DNA of 64,000 nt from an uncultured Candidatus Saccharibacteria bacterium (GTDB lineage Bacteria > Patescibacteriota > UBA1384 > XYA2-FULL-43-10 > CAINNR01), in assembly GCA_964425445.1 (NCBI GenBank), contig CAYRLY010000001.1, positions 5,537-69,536 of the forward strand, in the 5' to 3' direction. Below are positions 47,581-57,565 of this stretch, one piece after another. The notes beneath the pieces were generated by a model. The model saw only the letters and a program-made list of their open reading frames with translations. It was not told the origin of the DNA and did not search any database. Position numbers and translations under genes: made by a program. Positions within the stretch are counted from its first letter, which is position 1, and each line of letters begins with the position of its first letter.

Positions 47581-48843
47581 ATGGCAGAAGAAAAGAAAAA
47601 GGCAGTTAAAAAGATTGAAGAAACCGAACAAAAAGAGGAAATGGTAAAAAAAGAGAAAACAAAAAAAGAAAATGTTGATTCGATGGAGAGTCTGATTGAA
47701 AAGGCTGGTGATTCTCTGCTCCCGTATCGCGAGGGCGAGATTGTCGATGCCAAAGTTTTGTCCGTGAGTCGTAACAAAATTTGGGTTGATGTCCAAGGAT
47801 TATCTTTGGGTTATGTGCCGGAAAAAGAGATAACGCTAAACTCTGATATAAAAGTTGGCGATACGATAACTTCCTATGTTATCTTGCTCGAAGACGAAGA
47901 TGGTAATGTGGTCTTGTCTTTGAAGCGGGCTGATCGAGAAAAATACTGGAAAGATATGGAAGAGCGATACAAAACTGGTGAGCCAGTCGAGATTACTGTA
48001 AACGAGGCTAATAAAGGTGGCTTGATTTCAGAGATCGGTGGAATACCAGGATTTTTGCCTGTTTCTCAGCTCTCTCCTGAACACTATCCAAGAGTCAGTG
48101 GTGGTGATCGCGAAGAGATTCTTTCCAGGCTCTCTAAATTGATTGGTGAAAAAATTTATGTCAAAGTAATAAATTGCGATAAAGCAAGCAATAAGTTGAT
48201 CTTTTCGGAAAAAGCCGTTGACGCTGAAAAATTAGCTTCAAAGATAGAAAAATATAAAGTTGGGGATGCAGTAGAGGGCAAAATTTCTGGTATCGTTGAT
48301 TTTGGTCTCTTTGTAAAAATTGATCCTTTGGTTGAAGGTTTAGTCCATATTTCTGAGGTTTCTTGGTCAAGAATTTCCGACCTAAATAAGGAATTTAAGG
48401 TTGGCGATTCTGTCAAAGTTATGGTGATCGCTATTGATGACGGTCGTCTTTCTTTATCATTGAAAAAATTAACTCCAGATCCTTGGGTGAAAGCTGCCGG
48501 CAAATATAAAGTCGGGGATTTAGTTAAGGGCGAAATCACTAAAATTACTCCATATGGCGCTTTTGTTTCTTTGGATGATCAAATTGATGGTCTTGTTCAC
48601 GTTTCCGAGCTTTCTGATCAGCACGTGATTGATCCTGGACAGGTTGTTGAGCTGGGCAAAACCTATGAATTTAAAATAATTTCCATCGAGCCAGATATTC
48701 ATCGTCTGGGCTTAAGCCTCAAAGCGCTTTCTGGCAAAAGTAAGGAAGAAAAAAAGGGAAAAGAAGAAGTAATTGTTGAGCCGGAAGCTAAAACCGAGAA
48801 CAAAAAAGCTAAAAAAGAAACAAAAAAGAGTATTAAAAAATAA
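47581..48843 (+). CDS. rpsA: 30S ribosomal protein S1 (four S1 domains)
   Basis: Repeated S1 motifs: GFLPVSQL, FGLFV..EGLVHISE, YGAFV..DGLVHVSE. Confidence 0.92.
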   Translation: MAEEKKKAVKKIEETEQKEEMVKKEKTKKENVDSMESLIEKAGDSLLPYREGEIVDAKVLSVSRNKIWVDVQGLSLGYVPEKEITLNSDIKVGDTITSYVILLEDEDGNVVLSLKRADREKYWKDMEERYKTGEPVEITVNEANKGGLISEIGGIPGFLPVSQLSPEHYPRVSGGDREEILSRLSKLIGEKIYVKVINCDKASNKLIFSEKAVDAEKLASKIEKYKVGDAVEGKISGIVDFGLFVKIDPLVEGLVHISEVSWSRISDLNKEFKVGDSVKVMVIAIDDGRLSLSLKKLTPDPWVKAAGKYKVGDLVKGEITKITPYGAFVSLDDQIDGLVHVSELSDQHVIDPGQVVELGKTYEFKIISIEPDIHRLGLSLKALSGKSKEEKKGKEEVIVEPEAKTENKKAKKETKKSIKK

Positions 48844-48856
48844 GTGAGGAATAAAA

Positions 48857-49339
48857 ATGATAATAAGTTATCTGGGTAGTGAAAAATTTAAAATCAAGAC
48901 TAAAGATGCAGAGATTTTATTAAGCGATGGAAAGATAGAGATCGACGGCTTTGTCATCGATTGCCCTGGCGAATATGAAAGGAAAAACATCTTCGTTGAA
49001 TCGCCGATAGATAAACCAGCATACAAACTTTTTGTCGAAGAGGTCAAAATGTTGTATCTGGGGAAGGTAAAAAGTTTGACTGATCGTGAGGTGGAAGAAA
49101 TTGACGGAATTGATCTAATTTTTCTTCCAGGCGGTTCTGAGAATTCTATGGATTTGAAAAATGCTCTCGACCTTGCTGCTACACTTGAACCGGGGATAAT
49201 AATTCCAATGCTTTATGAAAGCATGGAATCTTTGCAAAAAGAAGGAATTGAAGGGGAAATTGTTAAATCAGCAAAGATTGGTAAATCTTCTATACCCGAA
49301 GAAGGCAAAATGGTTGTTATTCTCGAGAAGAATAATTAA
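48857..49339 (+). CDS. Truncated MBL-fold-like protein
   Basis: IDCPGEYE, IDLIFLPGG, LEPGIIIPM. Confidence 0.6.
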   Translation: MIISYLGSEKFKIKTKDAEILLSDGKIEIDGFVIDCPGEYERKNIFVESPIDKPAYKLFVEEVKMLYLGKVKSLTDREVEEIDGIDLIFLPGGSENSMDLKNALDLAATLEPGIIIPMLYESMESLQKEGIEGEIVKSAKIGKSSIPEEGKMVVILEKNN

Positions 49340-49357
49340 GACTAGCTTTAAACTTAA

Positions 49358-50323
49358 ATGTCTTCTATCAACAAGTTCATTTCTCACATAAAAGAGGAAA
49401 AAAACGACAATTTTCTTTTGATCGCTCATGAACGTCCCGACGGCGATACAATATCTGCTGTTCTATCTTTAAGGTCGATGATCCTTTCTTATAAAAAGAA
49501 AGTTCATCCCGCATCTTCGCAAGGTGTGCCTGAAGTTTTCCGTTTTCTTGACGGCTGGAATCATATCAAGGAAGATTTTTTAACTGGTGATTTTCAAACG
49601 ATTGTTTTGGTTGATAATGGTGATCTGAAAAGGACCGGCTATATGAGTCGAATTATAGCTGCCAAAAAGAGCGGGGCAACGATCGTAAATATTGATCATC
49701 ATCCAAAAAATGACATCTGGAAATTGGCAAATATTAATATTGTCGATGAAAAAGCTTCTTCTACCTGCGAGATTGTTTATAATATTTTTAAGCATGCTGG
49801 TATGCAAATAAGTCACCAGGTGGCGACTGCTCTTCTAACGGGAATTTACACTGACACTGGTGGTTTCCAGCATGCGACAACAACGGCAAAAACGCTTGGA
49901 ATTGCTTCGGATCTTATGAGTCTGGGGGCAAAATTAAAAAAAATTTCTGGCAACATCAGCAATTTTAAAAGTGTCTCGATGCTTAAACTTTGGGGCGTCG
50001 TATTAAATCGCATGGTATCCAGGTCAGACCTCGGACTAATATATTCGGTTATCACTAGAGATGACATTCAAAAATGCCAGGCCAAAGAGGAGGATTTAGC
50101 CGGAGTTGTAAATTTAATTGCAGCTATACCTGATGAGAGGGCTTCGCTCTTGCTATACGAGCTTCCAAATGGTAAAATCAAGGGTAGTTTACGCACAGAA
50201 AATAACGAGGTTGATGTTTCTCAAATTGCCTCGCTTTTTGGTGGCGGTGGTCACAAGCGAGCCTCAGGATTTGAGATTGATGGACGATTGCGACAGACAA
50301 AAGATGGTTGGGAAGTAGTTTAA
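49358..50323 (+). CDS. nrnA: DHH-family oligoribonuclease / pAp phosphatase
   Basis: HERPDGD, NIDHH, TDTGGF, GGGGHKRASG. Confidence 0.88.
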   Translation: MSSINKFISHIKEEKNDNFLLIAHERPDGDTISAVLSLRSMILSYKKKVHPASSQGVPEVFRFLDGWNHIKEDFLTGDFQTIVLVDNGDLKRTGYMSRIIAAKKSGATIVNIDHHPKNDIWKLANINIVDEKASSTCEIVYNIFKHAGMQISHQVATALLTGIYTDTGGFQHATTTAKTLGIASDLMSLGAKLKKISGNISNFKSVSMLKLWGVVLNRMVSRSDLGLIYSVITRDDIQKCQAKEEDLAGVVNLIAAIPDERASLLLYELPNGKIKGSLRTENNEVDVSQIASLFGGGGHKRASGFEIDGRLRQTKDGWEVV

Positions 50324-50337
50324 ACAATAACAATTAT

Positions 50338-50425
50338 GCCCGAGTGGTGGAATTGGTAGACACGAAGGACTTAAAATCCTTTGGCCTAAAAAACCGTATC
50401 GGTTCGACTCCGGTCTCGGGCACCA
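50338..50425 (+). tRNA. tRNA-Leu(TAA)
   Basis: GCCCGAG/CTCGGGC acceptor stem, AAGGA-CTTAAAA-TCCTT, CCA. Confidence 0.95.
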
Positions 50426-50480
50426 AAAAAAACAGAAGAAATTCTGTTTTTTTGTTTTTTATTATGTTACAATTATCTCA

Positions 50481-51161
50481 ATGATAAAAATTAGATCTGC
50501 GATAAAAACTCTAATTGTTTCTTTTGTTTTAGTTGTGGTAGTTGTCGCCGGCTATTTTTATTTACCGGGGGTTTTAGGTGATTCTGTCTTTCCGCTTGAA
50601 TATGAGGATACGATTAAAAAATGGTGCAAGAAATACAACGAAGACCCGTTTTTGGTCGCTGGTATAATTATGCAGGAATCTGGGTTTAACCCACAAGCCA
50701 AGTCTTATGCTGGTGCAATGGGAATTATGCAAATAATGCCGACTACTGGAATGAGTATCGCCAAGGGTGTCGGGATAACAAATTTTTCAACTGATATGCT
50801 TTATAATCCGGAAATTGCGATACAAATGGGGACTTGGCATATCCATGTTTTGAAAGAAAAATATGGTGGTAGCGTGCCGGCTGTACTAGCTGCTTATAAT
50901 GCCGGAACTGGTAATGCTGACAAGTGGATTAGAATGGGAATTTTGAATGATCTTCCTTACGGCGAAACTCGAAAATATGTTGCTAATGTTCAGGAATATA
51001 TGCAAGTTTATCACAAACTTTATCAGGATCGCTTGGAGTTGACTGATGAACCAGTGGGCGAACCGGTGCCAATTGTTAAAAAACAGGAAGAACCATCGAC
51101 TGCTGTTGTTTGGGGGCGAATGTTGAAAGAATTGGTAAACGTCTTTTATAACGTTGAATAG
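50481..51161 (+). CDS. SLT-family lytic transglycosylase
   Basis: IMQESGF, GAMGIMQIMP, LAAYNAG, ETRKYV. Confidence 0.92.
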   Translation: MIKIRSAIKTLIVSFVLVVVVVAGYFYLPGVLGDSVFPLEYEDTIKKWCKKYNEDPFLVAGIIMQESGFNPQAKSYAGAMGIMQIMPTTGMSIAKGVGITNFSTDMLYNPEIAIQMGTWHIHVLKEKYGGSVPAVLAAYNAGTGNADKWIRMGILNDLPYGETRKYVANVQEYMQVYHKLYQDRLELTDEPVGEPVPIVKKQEEPSTAVVWGRMLKELVNVFYNVE

Positions 51162-51163
51162 AG

Positions 51164-53056
51164 ATGAAATCGGGTGAATTAAGAGAAAAATTTCTGAAAT
51201 TCTTTGAGGAGCGGGGTCACAAGGTGATCCCTTCTGCTTCTTTAGTGCCGGAAAACGATCCTTCGGTTCTTTTTACAACCGCCGGAATGCACCCACTAGT
51301 TCCATATCTTCTGGGCGAAAAACATCCTTTGGGCAATAAACTTTGTAATGTCCAGAAATGTTTGCGAACAGACGACATTGATGAAGTCGGAGATATGCAA
51401 CACTGTACATACTTTGAAATGCTAGGTTATTGGTCGCTCGGCGATTATTTTAAGAAAGAATCAATCCACTATACTTTTGATTTTTATACTCAAATACTCG
51501 GGTTCAATAAGGATGACATTTCCGTCACCGTTTTCGCAGGTGACGATGACGCGCCTTTTGATCAAGAATCATTTGATACTTGGAAAAACGAAATTGAAAT
51601 TCCAGAAGATAGGATTTACAAATATAATCGGAAAGATAACTGGTGGGGCCCTGTTGGCAATACTGGCCCATGCGGACCTTGCACAGAAATGTTTGTTGAT
51701 ACTGGCATAGATGCGTGTGGTCCAGATTGTGGGCCAAGTTGTAACTGCGATAAATTCGTTGAGATTGGCAACAATGTTTTTATGGAGTACAACAAAACTG
51801 CAGATGGCAATTTTGAGCCACTGACACAAAAAAATGTTGATGTTGGACTTGGCTTAGAGCGTTTAGCGATGTTTTCGCAAAAAAAGGATGATGTTTTTCA
51901 GATTGATACTTTTGAACCAATTATAAAGAAAATAGAGGAGCTATCAGGAAAAACATATAAGGGCAACGAAAAGGCTTTTCGAATAATTGCAGATCATTCT
52001 CGAGCCGCTGTTTTCGCAATTGGAGACGGGGCAGTTCCATCAAATAAGGGTACGGGTTACATTGTCCGCAGGCTGATCCGCCGAGCGATTAGATATTCTT
52101 GGCTCTTGGGATATGAGGGTTCTTTAGCATCAATATTGGAACTGATTATTTCTGGAAGCTCGTATGAAATGCGAGAGGGAAAAACTATTAAAGATAAATT
52201 CAAAACAGAAGAGGAGCAGTTTTCAAAGATCATTGATAGTGGCTTAAAACAGGTTGAAAAGGTTTTTGCCAGCAAAACGCCGATTCCACAGAATGAATAT
52301 TCCAAGGTAATGCAGTTTCCAAATAGAAGAAATATACTCCGAGAGATTCACAGTCAGGAACCAAATGACCAAATCCATCCAGAATTCAAAAAAGCCGGAA
52401 TCAACATGACCAATCGGCAGATGCACGATGCTTACATTAGTGGGAAAGAAGGATTTGATCTTTATCAGACTTATGGTTTGCCGCATGAAATCTTGCTTGA
52501 TCTGGGTCAGAAAAGGCATTTATTTATTAGCATAAGAAACTTTGAAGCAGAACTAAAGAAACATCAGGATCTTTCTCGCACTGCTTCAGCCGGAATGTTT
52601 AAAGGTGGATTAGCTGATAATAAAGTTGAAACAATGCGACTACATACTGCGGCACATCTACTTTTAGCAGCGTTGCGTCAAGTTTTATCACCGGAGGTTT
52701 CGCAAAAAGGCTCAAACATTACCGAAGAGCGATTGCGGTTTGATTTTAATTGGCCTGAAAAATTATCGGTTGAACAAATCTCTGAAGTTGAAAAAATTGT
52801 CAATGAAAAAATTAGTGATGATTTGCCGGTTAAAATGGAAGAGATGAGTCTGGAAGAAGCGAAACAATCTGGAGCGACCGGCGTTTTTGATGATCGATAT
52901 GGCGAGAAAGTAAAAGTATACAGTATAGATAAATTCTCCTGCGAAATTTGCGGTGGTCCTCATGTCGAGGGAACTGGCGAGCTTGGTCATTTCAAAATTA
53001 TCAAAGAGGAATCTTCCTCTGCTGGTGTTCGCAGAATCAAGGCGATATTGGAATAG
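51164..53056 (+). CDS. alaS: Alanine-tRNA ligase, compact form lacking C-Ala
   Basis: LFTTAGM, GPCGPCTE, IADHSR, HTAAHLL, EICGGPH. Confidence 0.96.
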   Translation: MKSGELREKFLKFFEERGHKVIPSASLVPENDPSVLFTTAGMHPLVPYLLGEKHPLGNKLCNVQKCLRTDDIDEVGDMQHCTYFEMLGYWSLGDYFKKESIHYTFDFYTQILGFNKDDISVTVFAGDDDAPFDQESFDTWKNEIEIPEDRIYKYNRKDNWWGPVGNTGPCGPCTEMFVDTGIDACGPDCGPSCNCDKFVEIGNNVFMEYNKTADGNFEPLTQKNVDVGLGLERLAMFSQKKDDVFQIDTFEPIIKKIEELSGKTYKGNEKAFRIIADHSRAAVFAIGDGAVPSNKGTGYIVRRLIRRAIRYSWLLGYEGSLASILELIISGSSYEMREGKTIKDKFKTEEEQFSKIIDSGLKQVEKVFASKTPIPQNEYSKVMQFPNRRNILREIHSQEPNDQIHPEFKKAGINMTNRQMHDAYISGKEGFDLYQTYGLPHEILLDLGQKRHLFISIRNFEAELKKHQDLSRTASAGMFKGGLADNKVETMRLHTAAHLLLAALRQVLSPEVSQKGSNITEERLRFDFNWPEKLSVEQISEVEKIVNEKISDDLPVKMEEMSLEEAKQSGATGVFDDRYGEKVKVYSIDKFSCEICGGPHVEGTGELGHFKIIKEESSSAGVRRIKAILE

Positions 53057-53107
53057 TTCTAAAATTTGCTATAATTTAATAAATGTCTGTTTTTGTAGTG
53101 GAGGGAT

Positions 53108-54352
53108 ATGGGACTCTGGAATTTTCGCAAAAAAAATAATTACGCACTTGCGCTCGATGTTGGGACTGAGTTTGTGAAGGCTTTGATATTTCGCATTGAC
53201 GACGATCAAGCTTCGGTTATCGGTGTTGGTCGCCAGCGTCAGCGATTATCCGACATGCAGGGCGGACGAGTAACTGATATCACTGGGGTGATTTCGAATT
53301 GTGAAAAAGCGCTAGATCAGGCAGCCGAGGAGGCTGGTGTTGCGCCGACACAGTGCGTCGTTGGCATTGCCGGAGAGCTGGTAAAAGGAACGACAACAAC
53401 GGTTCACTATCAGCGCCCAGCGCCGAAGTCAAAAGTCACTGTGGCGGAATTGAAAACAATAATTACTGAAGTTCAAAAGAAAGCTTTCGAAAAAACTAGA
53501 GCTAATCTGGTCTGGGAGACAGGATATTCAGAGATTGATGTTCGACTTGTTAATAGCGCAGTAGTTGATGTTAAAATCGATGGCTATAAGGTTACAAATC
53601 CAGTTGGTTTCCAAGGCCGCGATGTTTCTGTTGGGATATTTAATGCTTTTGCACCAGTTGTTCATTTAGGAGCGCTCCAAACCATTACTGAAGGACTGGG
53701 TCTTGATCTCCTAGGAGTAGTTGCTGAGCCATATGCAGTTGCTAGGAGTATGGGTATGGAAGAGTCGGTAGAATTTTCAGCAGTATTTATTGACATTGGT
53801 GGCGGAACAACTGATATTGCTGTTGTCAGCAACGGTGGAGTTGAGGGAACAAAGATGTTTGCTCTTGGTGGCCGAGTTTTCACTAAGCGGATTGCCAATG
53901 ATTTTGGCTTGTCATTCCAAGAAGCTGAGAAAATGAAGCTTATGTATTCAAATGAAGAAATTGATAAAAAACAACAAGAAAAAATTGTCAAATCTTTGGA
54001 TGGAGATTGCCAGGTTTGGCTCTCCGGGGTACAATTAGCACTGGAGGAGTTTTCAGGGATTGATCTTTTGCCATCAAGAATTCTTCTTTGTGGTGGTGGT
54101 TCAATGTTGCCGGATATTAAAAAATTACTTGAAGACTCTGATTGGGTGGAAGATCTGCCTTTTGCCAAGAAGCCGAAGGTCAGTTTTATCCACCCCAGAG
54201 ACGTTGCCAATGTTATTGACGAAACGCAAAGTCTTGATGATGCTCAGGACATCACTCCGATGGCCCTTGCTAATATGGCAATCGATCTCGCCGGTACTCC
54301 GTCTGTGATCACTGGTGCAATGGACAAAATAGTTGATTCTTTAAAGGAATAG
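53108..54352 (+). CDS. FtsA-like actin-fold ATPase
   Basis: ALDVGTEFVK, VAEPYA, IDIGGGTTD, LCGGG; not in a dcw cluster. Confidence 0.8.
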   Translation: MGLWNFRKKNNYALALDVGTEFVKALIFRIDDDQASVIGVGRQRQRLSDMQGGRVTDITGVISNCEKALDQAAEEAGVAPTQCVVGIAGELVKGTTTTVHYQRPAPKSKVTVAELKTIITEVQKKAFEKTRANLVWETGYSEIDVRLVNSAVVDVKIDGYKVTNPVGFQGRDVSVGIFNAFAPVVHLGALQTITEGLGLDLLGVVAEPYAVARSMGMEESVEFSAVFIDIGGGTTDIAVVSNGGVEGTKMFALGGRVFTKRIANDFGLSFQEAEKMKLMYSNEEIDKKQQEKIVKSLDGDCQVWLSGVQLALEEFSGIDLLPSRILLCGGGSMLPDIKKLLEDSDWVEDLPFAKKPKVSFIHPRDVANVIDETQSLDDAQDITPMALANMAIDLAGTPSVITGAMDKIVDSLKE

Positions 54353-54356
54353 AAAT

Positions 54357-56198
54357 ATGTCGAAGTTGATTTATCTTGAACCCGATGAAGAGATAACTGA
54401 TGTTATCGACAAGATAAGTAAAGCGGACAGCGACGCCGTTTCCTTAGTCATTCCAAGAGGTTCAACTTTAGCTAACAGTATCGTAAATCTGAAACTATTG
54501 GGTAAACGTAGCAAGAAGCTAAAAAAAGATGTGTTTTTGGTTACCAATGACAAGATTGCCCGAAACTTGGCTTCTCAAATTGGGCTTCCGGTTTTTGCTT
54601 CGGTAAACGAGGCAAAATCTGGAGTAGCGGCCAAAGTGCCGGAAGAAAAGAAACCGGAAAAAGTGTTAGAACCTCAAAGCTCAGAAACCGATAATATTGA
54701 AGAAATTGATGGAATTAAAGTCCACAAATATGATAAGGATGCTGAAGATAAATTAGAAGATAGCGCGCCAGAGGTTGAAGAACCAATAATAGAAGATACC
54801 GTGACAACTGACCATGATTCTGGTGTTGAACCTGAAGTGATAGAAGCAGTTCAGGATTTAGAAAAAGATGAGCCAGAAGAGCCAAAAGTAGAAAGAAAAG
54901 AGATGAGCACAGAAACAATTAAACCAAATGATTACAAGCTAGAAAAGAAAAAGACAGAAAGAAACGGAATTGCTGGTGATGTTGGCCGTCCTGGTGGCTC
55001 ACTGTTTGGAGAAATTAGAGATAAAAAAACTCGAAGAAAAAAGAAAATTATTATTACAGCGGCAATTGCCTTTGTGGTATTAGCTTTTGCTCTATATATT
55101 CTAATACCCACCGCAAAGATTGTAATCGCTGTGGTCTCTGAACCTTTTTCTTCCGAGGCTAATATAAATGTAAGCAAAGATAGCAGTGAAATTGATTCCG
55201 AGAATTCTACCATTCCGGGTAATTTTATTGAAAAAGAGGAGGAACTTTCAAAGACCTTCTCCGCTACTGGCGAAAAAAATGTTGGAGCGAAGTCTAAAGG
55301 AAAAATCACCGTTTACAATAATTGGGACCAGCAACCAATAAGTCTGGCTGCCGGTACGACATTTGCTTCTTCCGGCGGAATAAATTTTGTCTCAACATCA
55401 GCTGTTACTGTGCCGGGGGCTCAGGTTGGTTTGCAGGGGGGTCAGTTTGTGATCACCGCTTCCGGTACTGCCGATGTCAATGTCGAAGCAGTGGAAGTTG
55501 GCGAACAAGGTAATATTGGGCCGTCAGATTTTACTATTACCTCAATTCCCAAAATTCAACAATCAAAGATTTATGGTAAAAGCGCAAATTCAATGTCAGG
55601 TGGCACTAACCAGATAGTAAAGGTTGTTGCTAAAAGTGACATATCTGACGCTAAAACTGCCACCGAGAACGAACTTAAAGAAACAGCAACGAACAAAATT
55701 AATGAGGAGCTGGGAGATAACTATAAACTCTTAGAATCTGCCCTGACATTTGAAGTGCTCTCTGAAAATTCTGACAGGAAAGAGGGTGATCAAGCAGATA
55801 CCTTTAATTATGAGTTAAAATTCAAAGTTAGAGCGTTAGCATTTTCAGAGGAAGACTTTAGAAATATGTTAGTTAAAAATGCAGAGGAACAATTACCCGA
55901 GGATCAGGAGATTGTTTCTGATGAAGTCGAGGATATAAATTACGAAGTTGTCAGCAGTGATATCGCTAGTGGGAAAATCGAATTAAAAGGCAAGTTTGAG
56001 GGATATATTGCTAATAAGTATGATAATGACATTATAAAGAGTGATACAAGAGGAAAATCAATAACGGCAGCGAGGAAAAAAATAACTTCCTATGACAAGG
56101 TATTGTCTGTTGACATAAATACCTTCCCTCGTTTTATCCATTCGATTCCCTATATTACGCGAAATATTACGATCGAATATAACTATGGTAAAGAGTGA
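54357..56198 (+). CDS. Single-TM protein with extracellular baseplate-J-like domain
   Basis: IYLEPDEEIT N-terminal domain, acidic linker, TM, KSKGKITVYN..AGTTF..VEAVEVGEQGNI..MSGGT. Confidence 0.65.
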   Translation: MSKLIYLEPDEEITDVIDKISKADSDAVSLVIPRGSTLANSIVNLKLLGKRSKKLKKDVFLVTNDKIARNLASQIGLPVFASVNEAKSGVAAKVPEEKKPEKVLEPQSSETDNIEEIDGIKVHKYDKDAEDKLEDSAPEVEEPIIEDTVTTDHDSGVEPEVIEAVQDLEKDEPEEPKVERKEMSTETIKPNDYKLEKKKTERNGIAGDVGRPGGSLFGEIRDKKTRRKKKIIITAAIAFVVLAFALYILIPTAKIVIAVVSEPFSSEANINVSKDSSEIDSENSTIPGNFIEKEEELSKTFSATGEKNVGAKSKGKITVYNNWDQQPISLAAGTTFASSGGINFVSTSAVTVPGAQVGLQGGQFVITASGTADVNVEAVEVGEQGNIGPSDFTITSIPKIQQSKIYGKSANSMSGGTNQIVKVVAKSDISDAKTATENELKETATNKINEELGDNYKLLESALTFEVLSENSDRKEGDQADTFNYELKFKVRALAFSEEDFRNMLVKNAEEQLPEDQEIVSDEVEDINYEVVSSDIASGKIELKGKFEGYIANKYDNDIIKSDTRGKSITAARKKITSYDKVLSVDINTFPRFIHSIPYITRNITIEYNYGKE

Positions 56199-56614
56199 TG
56201 TACCTAGGAGTTGATTGGGGTAGTAAGATGATTGGCCTAGCCGTTGGCAGTGAGATACCCTACGAATTGGCGACGATTAGAAATGACAAAGAAGCAATTG
56301 AAAAGATTGCTAAACTTTGTGCTGAGGAGAAAATTGAAAGAATTGTTATTGGTATGCCGGTACTGGAAAGTGGCGACAAGGGGAACCTGGCCGACAAAGT
56401 TGAAGATTTTGGTCGCCAGCTAAAAGAGAAAACAAATTTGCCAGTCTATTTTGAGCCGGAAAATTTGACTACACAGACTGCCCTAGAGCTTCTTAGAGAG
56501 GAGGGCATGAAACCGGATGATATTGGAAAGAAAGTTGATCAAACTGCAGCAAGATTGATCTTGGAGCAGTATATCGCAAATATTGAGGAGGATATATCGC
56601 AAGAGGCACTATAA
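56195..56614 (+). CDS. ruvX: YqgF/RuvX family nuclease
   Basis: LGVDWGSKMIGLA, IVIGMP, ENLTT, VDQTAARLILEQY. Confidence 0.88.
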   Translation: MMYLGVDWGSKMIGLAVGSEIPYELATIRNDKEAIEKIAKLCAEEKIERIVIGMPVLESGDKGNLADKVEDFGRQLKEKTNLPVYFEPENLTTQTALELLREEGMKPDDIGKKVDQTAARLILEQYIANIEEDISQEAL

Positions 56615-57561
56615 AAACAGTACTGCTTATACTTCTCCTTTTGTTTATCTTTTCTATTAGCGGGTTTTTATATTATTTCAAAAACGAGGTAAGAAAAGCT
56701 ACCGGAAGTGGTAAAATTGTTCAGATCGAAATCGAAAAAGGCGAAAGCGTTTCAAATATCTCCAAAAAATTAGAATCTAAGGGTCTGGTAAATTCCTCGA
56801 TAATTTTTTACCTGTACGAACGGATAAAAGATAAAAAAATTGTTGCCGGTAAATATCTGATTCCTGATAATTTGACCCTGGTTGAGATCGCAAACGTTTT
56901 GGAGAAAGGTGAGAGACAAGTTCGCAGAATTACGATTCCTGAAGGCTGGAGGATGGAGCAGATTGCTACTTATTTGGAAGCAAATACCGGTATTTTAGCC
57001 CTGGATTTTTTACAGGAGGCCCGAGGAAAAGAGGGTAAACTTTTTCCTGATACTTATGAATTAATGGATCAGCCCACCGCCAAGGAAGTAATTCAAAAGA
57101 TGGATGACAATTATCTTTTTAGAATTTCAGAATTGTCGCCGACAGATGATCAACTTGTGCTAGCCTCGATAATTGAGCGTGAAGCAGCCAGTGACTCTGA
57201 AAGAGCCGATATCGCTGGAGTTTTTGCCAACAGATTAAAAATTGGCATGAAACTAGAAGCTGACCCGACGGTCCAATACCAAAAAGATTCTAATAATTAT
57301 CCTCAAATCGGTTTGATTTCTTATACTTTCTGGCAAAAATTAATTCCAGGTGACCTGCGTGGGGTACAGGGGCCGCATAATACCTATCTGCGTTCTGGTT
57401 TGCCGTCGAGCCCAATTTGCAACCCTGGTCTAAAAAGCATTGAAGCAGCAGTCAAACCCGCTAGCCATGATTATTATTTTTTCTTGCATGGCTCTGATGG
57501 CAATATTTATTTCTCAAAAAACGAGGAAGAACATAATAGAAAAAAGGCTTTATATTTATAA
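56611..57561 (+). CDS. mltG: Endolytic transglycosylase MltG
   Basis: ITIPEGW, EGKLFPDTY, LASIIERE, LEADPT, PICNPG; start uncertain (ATA 56611 or TTG 56641). Confidence 0.92.
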   Translation: MKTVLLILLLLFIFSISGFLYYFKNEVRKATGSGKIVQIEIEKGESVSNISKKLESKGLVNSSIIFYLYERIKDKKIVAGKYLIPDNLTLVEIANVLEKGERQVRRITIPEGWRMEQIATYLEANTGILALDFLQEARGKEGKLFPDTYELMDQPTAKEVIQKMDDNYLFRISELSPTDDQLVLASIIEREAASDSERADIAGVFANRLKIGMKLEADPTVQYQKDSNNYPQIGLISYTFWQKLIPGDLRGVQGPHNTYLRSGLPSSPICNPGLKSIEAAVKPASHDYYFFLHGSDGNIYFSKNEEEHNRKKALYL

Positions 57562-57565
57562 AAAA

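Noticed and set aside
54357-56198. Prophage suggested by the baseplate-J-like domain
   Set aside because: No terminase, capsid, tail or integrase genes; the protein has a TM helix and sits among housekeeping genes.
57440-57565. Upstream extension of the ABC ATPase ORF
   Set aside because: It overlaps mltG; ATG 57566 gives a typical MSEVIQVKGLKKYFG start.
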